Position numbers and translations under genes: made by a program. From Solirubrobacterales bacterium (lineage in GTDB: Bacteria; Actinomycetota; Thermoleophilia; Solirubrobacterales; JBBDJG01): a DNA stretch of 63,018 bases. Numbering within the stretch: the first letter of the stretch is position 1; every line of letters begins with the position of its first letter. The notes beneath the pieces are model-generated. The model saw nothing but the letters and a program-made list of their open reading frames with translations, was not told the DNA's origin and did not search any database. Shown here in pieces: positions 56,367-63,018 of the stretch. The DNA is taken from the NCBI GenBank assembly GCA_040880005.1, contig JBBDJG010000035.1, positions 1 to 63,018 of the forward strand, read 5' to 3'.

Positions 56367-57983
56367 TCAGTGAACGGCGGACTCGTCCGGGGTACGCCCG
56401 ACAAGGCGGGCGGCGAAGCTGCGTCGCGGAGCGCTGCCGTTACCGGCTGCAGCGGCGACCAGCTCCTCTTCTTCCTCGACTGCGATCTCTTCGTCGGATT
56501 GCCCGGGAGCCGGGAAGGAGTAGTCGTCGATGCGCTTCTGGAGGTTCAGCTCGGCGTCGAAGTCGGCGTCCTCGCCGTGGCGGTAGCGGACGTCCTTGCC
56601 GGCCAGCACGCGGATGAAGATCTCGACGTACTCGGCGTCGAGCTGCTCGCCGGAGACGCGCTTCAGCTCCTGGATCGCCTCGAACGAGGAGACCGGCTCG
56701 CGGTAGGAGTCGCGCGCAGTCATCACGTCGTAGGTGTCGGCGACCGAGATCATGCGCGAGAGCTTGGGTATCTCGTCGCCCTCGAGGCCGCGCGGATAGC
56801 CCTCGCCGTTGATGCGCTCGTGGTGCGCGAGGATGATCTCGCCGACGGGGCCGTAACCCTCGACGTCGGAGACGATCTTCGCGCCCTGGTAGGGGTGCAT
56901 GCGGATCGTGTTCCAGTCGTCCTCGGTAAGCGGCGCGCCACCCTTGAGAATCGAGTCGGGGAAGATGAACTTGCCGATGTCGTGCAGCAGCCCGGCCGTG
57001 TGAACGAGGTCCTGCTCCTCTTTGGTACACCCAGCCTCGACCGCGATCTCGCGCGCGTAGCGCGCGACGGCGGCACAGTGCCGCGCCGTCATCTTGTCCC
57101 GCAGGTCGAGCGTGTGCATGAGGGCGGAGAGCACGCCGACTTGGAGGGACGCGAGCTGGCGTGTGCGGCCGTGGAGTTGTTTGGTGCGGGTTTCGAGCTT
57201 CTCGGCACGCTCCTCCGAGAGGAGAAGTTGGCCAAGAAGAATCTGAAACGAGATCAGGACGATTGCGCAAAGACCAACAGCTGGCAAGCCAACGCGATAG
57301 TAGAAGTAAGCAATTCCCAGAACCAGTAGTGCGGAAAAGAGCTCAGAGGCCAAGACAGGAGGAATCGCACGCTTTGCTACGACGATCGGAGACTTGCGCT
57401 CGACATATCCGGTGTAAGACATCATCATCGCTATGTTGCAAGCGAGGGCCACACACAACGCCACGAAGGCCACGAGATAGAAGGATCCGTCCGAAGGAAC
57501 TACGTTCATGGTCTTCGACATGGCGAAGAACGAGATGCCGCCAATGAGCGGGAACCACGCGAACGTCACGCCGTTGATAAGCAACTCGCGTAGCGGGTAC
57601 CGCTCGGGGAGCCAGCCCACCAACACCGCGGACACGCCAACGATTGCGGCTGGCGTTCCGCCGAGAAAGAGCATCGCCAAAACTAGCGCCAGGAAGCTCC
57701 CGGATACGACCAGGTGGGTTGAACCCCTGGCCTTGACTGCAACACCTTCGCTTACTGCTGCAAAGACAACGAGAAGCCCCAGGAGAGACATATCCCAGGT
57801 TGCGTCGGGACCCACGGCGGTCGCAAGTGCGACTGCCGCGAGCAACGCGAACCACTCCAATGCGATAACCCATGGGCCGGGTCGGCTTTGCAGGACGAGA
57901 CCTCCCGAATCAAGTCGATTGCCGGAACTATCGACCGAAAATGCGACTTTCTTTAGGAGTTTTGTAACGATCATTGCTGACAC
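56367..57983 (-). CDS. Membrane-sensor HD-GYP cyclic-dinucleotide phosphodiesterase (intact motifs)
   Basis: ~8 TM N-terminus; D..TARH, LLHDIGK, IRMHP..G, HHERINGEGYP.GL, SVADTYDVMT..SYR; start uncertain. Confidence 0.9.
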   Translation of the reverse strand: MSAMIVTKLLKKVAFSVDSSGNRLDSGGLVLQSRPGPWVIALEWFALLAAVALATAVGPDATWDMSLLGLLVVFAAVSEGVAVKARGSTHLVVSGSFLALVLAMLFLGGTPAAIVGVSAVLVGWLPERYPLRELLINGVTFAWFPLIGGISFFAMSKTMNVVPSDGSFYLVAFVALCVALACNIAMMMSYTGYVERKSPIVVAKRAIPPVLASELFSALLVLGIAYFYYRVGLPAVGLCAIVLISFQILLGQLLLSEERAEKLETRTKQLHGRTRQLASLQVGVLSALMHTLDLRDKMTARHCAAVARYAREIAVEAGCTKEEQDLVHTAGLLHDIGKFIFPDSILKGGAPLTEDDWNTIRMHPYQGAKIVSDVEGYGPVGEIILAHHERINGEGYPRGLEGDEIPKLSRMISVADTYDVMTARDSYREPVSSFEAIQELKRVSGEQLDAEYVEIFIRVLAGKDVRYRHGEDADFDAELNLQKRIDDYSFPAPGQSDEEIAVEEEEELVAAAAGNGSAPRRSFAARLVGRTPDESAVH

Positions 57984-58012
57984 CGGTCAAGATTTTTCGC
58001 TCAACGGCAAGG

Positions 58013-58040
58013 AAAAGGGCGCTCCCGAACGAAAGCGCCC
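58013..58040 (-). terminator. Intrinsic terminator/attenuator upstream of the HD-GYP gene
   Basis: GGGCGCT-TTCGTTCGGG-AGCGCCC followed by TTTT on the minus strand. Confidence 0.7.
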
Positions 58041-58048
58041 TCCCAAGC

Positions 58049-58131
58049 TCAGTAAGAAAGTTGATCTTTCATCCCGCCCCGAGAATCATCGGCGGAACAA
58101 TTTCTGCCTGCTATCGACGCGAGTAAGCCAT
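58049..58131 (-). other. SD-led mini-ORF or degenerate small-peptide gene
   Basis: GGAGGTG-7 nt-ATG: MAYSRR*QAEIVPPMILGAG* then, shifted, MKDQLSY*, ending just before the terminator. Confidence 0.4.
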
Positions 58132-58338
58132 TTGCAAACACCTCCAGACGACAAGCTGCCCCGTAGCCTGGACGAATGTTGGAGTCCAAGCTCACTTTCC
58201 GCTGCATATGAGGCCATACCACGTATGGCCGGTCAATTTGCCGGCCTTGGACTGCAAGGTTCGATGCAAAGCTAAAGTCTGCCATCGCCTTGCCGAAAGC
58301 GCCTTTTCTTGCCCAATCCTCATGAAGAGCGGACATTC

Positions 58339-59613
58339 ATGCGTCAGGCAATAGCTCCTCTCCGACTGCCAGGATTTCGGCCGCTCGCCCTCGGCTACAC
58401 AGTCAATGAGCTGGGTAACTGGCTTGGTGACGTTGCGCTTGCGATCTTGGTTTTCAACCACACTGGGAGCCCGCTGGCGACCGCTGGACTCTTCCTCGCC
58501 ATGCAGTTCTTGCCGGCACTCACCAGCCAATTCGTGGTCGTCAGAGGTGAGATGGCAGGCGCGAAACGGGCGCTCCCGACCATTTACGCCGCTGAAGCGG
58601 CCGTCCTCCTATTGCTGGCCCTTCTTGCTGAGAACTTCAGCTTGGCAGGCATCATTGTCCTTGCGGCGCTTGATGGGACACTTGCGATCGCAGCACGAGT
58701 TCTCCTGAGAGCAACAAGCGCCACGGTCCTAGAGCCGGTAGGCCTGCTCAGAGAAGGCAACGCGATAATTAACGTTGCATTTACTACCGCAAGCATGATC
58801 GGACCCGTGGTCGCGGGACTGGTCGTGACGGTATACGGCACAACGACGGCACTCTTGCTCGATGCGGGCTCGTTTCTCGCCGTGTCCCTGATACTGCTGA
58901 TTGCAAGATCCGTCCCGGACCTTAGAAACCGCCAAGCGAACTGGAGGAAAGAACTTCGAGCCGGGATTCGATACGTATGGGAACGCTCAACCCTTAGACG
59001 ATTGATCTGGGCCAACGCCGCGATAGTGCTCTTTTTGACCGCTGCCGTCCCGATCGAGATCGTATTGGTCAAGGAATCGCTCGGCTCTGGTGACGCTGGA
59101 TACGGAGTCCTGCTCGCGGCATGGGGAACTGGAATGATTTTGGGTGGTCTGCTCTTCGTCGCGGCGAGGCAGGTGTCACTTCAAGTACTTCTCATCGCGA
59201 GTGCAACTCTAGTCGGTTGCTCATACATCGGAATGGGAATGGCACCAAGCCTCAGCATTGCGCTCGTTGCTTCTATGGCTGGGGGTGTCGGCAATGGCGT
59301 CCTGTGGGTCGCAACCGTGAGCGCGATACAGGCCATAACGGCTCGCGAATTCCAGGCACGAGTCATGGGAGTACTCGAGCTAACTGCCTCTGCTTCACCG
59401 GGACTCGGGTTTCCTTTGGGCGGGTTGCTCGCGTACCTTTTCTCACCCCGAACGAGTTTCGTGGTGAGTGGGATCGGGGCACTCATCGTCGTACTCGTGG
59501 CCAGTTTCATCCTCAGGAACAGCGTGTGGGCGGATAGTGAACCCAGCGATGACGTGTCCGACGTGGAGAGTCTGGTTGCACTGGAGCCGATCAGCCTTCC
59601 TAATCGGCCCTGA
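58339..59613 (+). CDS. MFS transporter (DHA3/macrolide-efflux-like)
   Basis: FRPLALG...LGNWL..VAL, GSPLA, ~12 TM, FQARVMG. Confidence 0.9.
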   Translation: MRQAIAPLRLPGFRPLALGYTVNELGNWLGDVALAILVFNHTGSPLATAGLFLAMQFLPALTSQFVVVRGEMAGAKRALPTIYAAEAAVLLLLALLAENFSLAGIIVLAALDGTLAIAARVLLRATSATVLEPVGLLREGNAIINVAFTTASMIGPVVAGLVVTVYGTTTALLLDAGSFLAVSLILLIARSVPDLRNRQANWRKELRAGIRYVWERSTLRRLIWANAAIVLFLTAAVPIEIVLVKESLGSGDAGYGVLLAAWGTGMILGGLLFVAARQVSLQVLLIASATLVGCSYIGMGMAPSLSIALVASMAGGVGNGVLWVATVSAIQAITAREFQARVMGVLELTASASPGLGFPLGGLLAYLFSPRTSFVVSGIGALIVVLVASFILRNSVWADSEPSDDVSDVESLVALEPISLPNRP

Positions 59614-59735
59614 GGCGGTCCCCCCACCTTACGTCGGCTGACTTCCGTCCTTCCACACGACTGACCAAGTGGTCAGTTCCGAAAAGCAGCAAGGCTCTCT
59701 TGCTTCAACCCTAAGTGTCGGCTTATATTGGGCAT

Positions 59736-60974
59736 GTGGACTCGCGGCATTCACGACCGCCTCTTTGGCTTCTTCCCAATCGCACTGAGCAGCTACCGGC
59801 GCTGGGAACCCGTAGGCCGAGACTCGCAGCCGCTGTAAGCATTGCGATGCTCGCGGTGCTTGGTGCCGTGCTGTTCCTGTTCGCGCCTTCGTCACATTGG
59901 TCCCCTCAGGTAGTGTTCGCTGTTCTGCTGGTCGCGGGTTCGCTTTCCTACAGCGGTTCGATGCCACTGCGTGGTAGCGAAGCAGCTATCGACGCCGGCG
60001 CGTGCGTTTCCGCTTTGGCACTCGTCTTCCTTGGGCCGCTGCCGGCGCTCTGTGTGATCTGGATCCCAGACGCGATGATGATTCTCTCTGGCAAGAGGCT
60101 CGTCACAAGCTTGGCGAACCTTCTCGACGGTCTCGCATCCGTGCTCGTCGGCTGCCTCATTCTCGTCGCATTCGGTTTAACGGCGCCGCTCCAATTCGAC
60201 AATCCCGCCGCGTACCTCGCCTTGCTCTTGGTCTGTCTCGGCTACGTGGCTGTTACCTACTTTCCTGGGATCGTGATCGTCGATGTGCTGAGCGATGGCC
60301 TTGCTTTCTGGCCCGTTGTGCGTCGCGACTTTCCCAACACGATCCTCACCGAAATCGCCATGTGCGGCGCGACAGTTCTGATCGCGTTCGCCTATTGGAA
60401 GGTAGGAATCGTTGGGCTGCTGTTGGTGGTGGGGCTCGTGATGCTTCCCCGACTGCTGATTCCCTTGATGTGGCGCTCGAAGCCGATCGCGGAGCTCGAG
60501 CTCACCGATGCGACCGCTGTGTACGCAGAGTCTCTCGGTGGCGTGCTTGCCTTGGATCGATCGAGGGCAAGAGTCCTCGGCGATGCGGCGACACATCTCG
60601 GGGGACGGGCTGCGGTGTCGAACGTCGACGACTTTCAAGACGTGATGCACATCGTCTTGTACTGCCGGGAGGATTGGGATGGCGAAGATGGATTCCCCGG
60701 CGTGCTCTCGGGCAAGGACATCCCAATCGAGAGTCGCGTCCTGCGAGTGGCGGAAGCGTGGGCGAGCCTCACTGCCAGAGGCACGGCTGTGCTGGCGCCC
60801 GAGCACGCCTTGGGCGAGTTGATGGCGCAAGCCGGCAAGGAGTTCGACCCGGAGGTGGTGGCTGCGGCCAGGCAGATCGTCCAAGACGACCTGCTTCCGG
60901 TGCCATCGTCCACAGCGCGCGAACAGGCTCTAGCGAAGCGCAGCCACAAGACGGCGCCGCGCCCCGCAATTTGA
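59736..60974 (+). CDS. Membrane sensor with degenerate, truncated HD-GYP domain
   Basis: ~8 TM; C-terminal YCREDWDGEDGFPGVLSGKDIPIESRVLRVAEAW...GKEFDPEVV; no HD or HHE motif. Confidence 0.8.
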   Translation: MDSRHSRPPLWLLPNRTEQLPALGTRRPRLAAAVSIAMLAVLGAVLFLFAPSSHWSPQVVFAVLLVAGSLSYSGSMPLRGSEAAIDAGACVSALALVFLGPLPALCVIWIPDAMMILSGKRLVTSLANLLDGLASVLVGCLILVAFGLTAPLQFDNPAAYLALLLVCLGYVAVTYFPGIVIVDVLSDGLAFWPVVRRDFPNTILTEIAMCGATVLIAFAYWKVGIVGLLLVVGLVMLPRLLIPLMWRSKPIAELELTDATAVYAESLGGVLALDRSRARVLGDAATHLGGRAAVSNVDDFQDVMHIVLYCREDWDGEDGFPGVLSGKDIPIESRVLRVAEAWASLTARGTAVLAPEHALGELMAQAGKEFDPEVVAAARQIVQDDLLPVPSSTAREQALAKRSHKTAPRPAI

Positions 60975-60977
60975 GGC

Positions 60978-62214
60978 ATGGCCGTCTCGACTGAAAAGCG
61001 CGCACCGCTGTGGCTTCTTCCGCGAGAAACGAAGCCGCTGCCGGAGGTTAGGAGGCGGCGGCCGCGAGTGGCGATTGCGATCAATCTCGTTCTGATCGCC
61101 GCCGCCGTGCCGATGTTTCTGTACGTCCTTCCGACGACGCACTGGCAACCCCAGGCGCTGGCCACACTGCTGATCTGCGCAGGAATGCTCAGCATGACAA
61201 GGCCCCTCCACACCACGTCAACCACCTCGATCGACGCGGCGGTGGCAGTGTCGTTCGTGGCCATACTCCTGCTGGGCCCGCTCGTCGGCCTTGCGGTGTT
61301 GATTGCAAGCGAGGCAGTCTGGGCACTCCGCGTGTACACGCGCAGCAGTGTGCTGATCAACGCCGTTGCAAACACAGCCAACCACTGCTGGCTGTGCATG
61401 GTTTTCTCGCTTGTAATGGTGGCCGGCGATTTCCAGCCGCCCGACTCTCTGGCGAGCATGAACGTCCTACTGTTGGCGCTTGGCGCCGGGCTCGCAGCCT
61501 GCGCCACCAACATTTTGCTGCTCGGGATTACCTGCAAGACCTGGGATGGAGTCCCCTTCCGCCACGCCATTCTGTTGGACGGGCATCCAGGCAACCTTGA
61601 TCGATACGGCGTCGATCCTCTGCGGAATCGCCATCGCACTCCTCTATCAGCAAGTCGGCCTGGTCGCACTGGTAGCGCTGGTGGGATTGATCCTCTTACC
61701 GCAGCTTCTTATTTGGCGAATCATCCGGCCCGGATCAATCAACGAGTTGAGCCTTGAGGAGGCAACTCGAACCTACGCAATGATGTTGGCCGACTTGCTC
61801 GACCTTGAAGCCGACCAGAGAAGGGTGCTCGCCAGCGCGGCCCGCCAACTCGATGGTGGCAAACCGACTCTTCAAAGAGTCAACGATTTCCAACCAGTTA
61901 TGCAGGCCGTGCTTTACGCCCGCGAGCGCTGGGATGGCGAAGAGGGCGGTTTCCCGGGCGTGCTGAGTGGCGAGCAGATCCCAATCGAAAGCCGCGTGCT
62001 CGCCGTGGCGCACGAATGGAGCTCGCTCACAGCCCAAGGTACCCGCGAGCTAGAGCCCGAGGTGGCGCTCGCCGAATTGCGATCACGCGCGGGCGCGGAT
62101 TTTGATCCGCACGTGGTAGCCGCGGCCGCTCAGGCAGTCGAACAGGGGTTGGTGCCGGTCGACCCCAGCAAGCCGATCAGGCTCCGCCCTGAACCGGCTC
62201 TACGAACCAGTTAG
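60978..62214 (+). pseudogene. Paralogous membrane sensor with degenerate HD-GYP domain, frameshifted near 61581
   Basis: Frames 60978.. and ..62214 join as GVPFRHAILLD-GIQATLIDT if one G of GGG (61581-61583) is removed; YARERWDGEEGGFPGVLSGEQIPIESRVL. Confidence 0.75.
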
Positions 62215-62217
62215 TTC

Positions 62218-62847
62218 CTACCCCTTCACCATCCGCTCGAAGCCGCTCCAGACGAAGGCGGTCAGCAGGTCCACCAGCTCGGAGCGCTTTGCCTTGGGGT
62301 TGTTGCGCCACCAGGCGGCGAGCGCTTCGGCGCCGCCGGCGATGATCTCGGCGAGCTGCTCGAGCTGGCGGCGCTTGAGCCCCGCCTTCGACGCGCGCGG
62401 GTCGAGTGCCAGCAACTCGGCCAGCGTCTGCACCGCGCGGGCTCGTAGCTCGCCCTGGTACTCCACGATCTCGAGGTCGCTCGCCTGCTGCGTGAGCGTA
62501 GGCCACGCGTTGCTGCCGTCGGCGATGAACGCGATGAACGCGTCGAGGCCGCGCTCCAACCGCTCCGCCACCGGCGGCCCGGGCGCGGAGGCCTCCGCGA
62601 GCTTCTCCTGAAGAGCATCCGACGCGCGCTCCATCACCGCCATGTAGAGGTCGGCCTTGGTGTCGAAGTGCTGGTAGATCAGCGCCTCGGAGATGTCGCA
62701 GGACTTGGCCAGGTCCTGAGTCTTCAGCCCGTCGTAGCCGCGCGCGGCGAACTCGATCGAGGCCGTCGTGAGGATCCGTTCCCTCCGTGCATCGCGCGGA
62801 ATGCGCCGTTTGATCGGCTTTTCGCGCTTACCTGCTGCTTTGGGCAA
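62218..62847 (-). CDS. TetR/AcrR family transcriptional regulator
   Basis: RRERIL..A..EFAARGY.......LA....ISEALIYQHF.TKADLY; GAGAGG SD before TTG. Confidence 0.92.
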   Translation of the reverse strand: MPKAAGKREKPIKRRIPRDARRERILTTASIEFAARGYDGLKTQDLAKSCDISEALIYQHFDTKADLYMAVMERASDALQEKLAEASAPGPPVAERLERGLDAFIAFIADGSNAWPTLTQQASDLEIVEYQGELRARAVQTLAELLALDPRASKAGLKRRQLEQLAEIIAGGAEALAAWWRNNPKAKRSELVDLLTAFVWSGFERMVKG

Positions 62848-62904
62848 TTTCGCCGCCTCTCATCGGCTCAAAGGGACTCCAGACCAAGCCCATCTTAGCC
62901 CCAC

Positions 62905-62934
62905 TTGACATATAAGAGGCCACTAACTTAGTAT
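62905..62934 (+). promoter_or_regulatory. Sigma70-type promoter divergent from tetR, with small palindrome
   Basis: TTGACA-18 nt-TAGTAT; ACTAA-C-TTAGT inverted repeat overlaps the -10. Confidence 0.6.
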
Positions 62935-63018
62935 TACGGCCGGACGTCGCCGTACAGGCATGGCGGCCTCGTCCAGGGCAAGGAGACCTCCAGACCACTC
63001 CGGGCGACCCGTGCTTGC

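Overview
High-GC actinobacterial chromosomal segment; gene content and style suggest Thermoleophilia/Solirubrobacterales (inference). Positions 1-42.5 kb are mostly housekeeping genes: APC permease, GT4, otsB, polX, trxA, a type-2 ileS with a GXHH signature, ctaG, fumC, gabD, ychF, mce, an unusual ftsH, rarA, a moaC-mog-ccmABCD-sirC-hemA-hemC-cobA/hemD-DUF62-birA cofactor cluster, an SF2 helicase and tlpA. There are two accessory regions. (1) 42.5-53.1 kb is a conflict island between tlpA and nfeD. It holds layered toxin-antitoxin modules and remnants bounded by duplicated gene 3' ends, plus a 2351-aa lipoprotein Rhs toxin (jelly-roll-like domain, 14 propeller repeats, Rhs core, cationic/hydrophobic C-terminal domain) with a translationally coupled membrane immunity gene. 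(2) 56.4-62.2 kb is a lower-GC locus with one intact membrane HD-GYP protein, a tiny SD-led ORF plus terminator, an MFS exporter and two catalytically degenerate membrane HD-GYP paralogues, a candidate peptide/c-di-GMP signalling system. Also seen: two families of dispersed palindromic repeats (some entering coding sequence), an IS481 remnant, a candidate structured RNA and many apparently leaderless genes. All calls come from motif recognition by eye; no searches were run, and start codons were adjusted by judgement.
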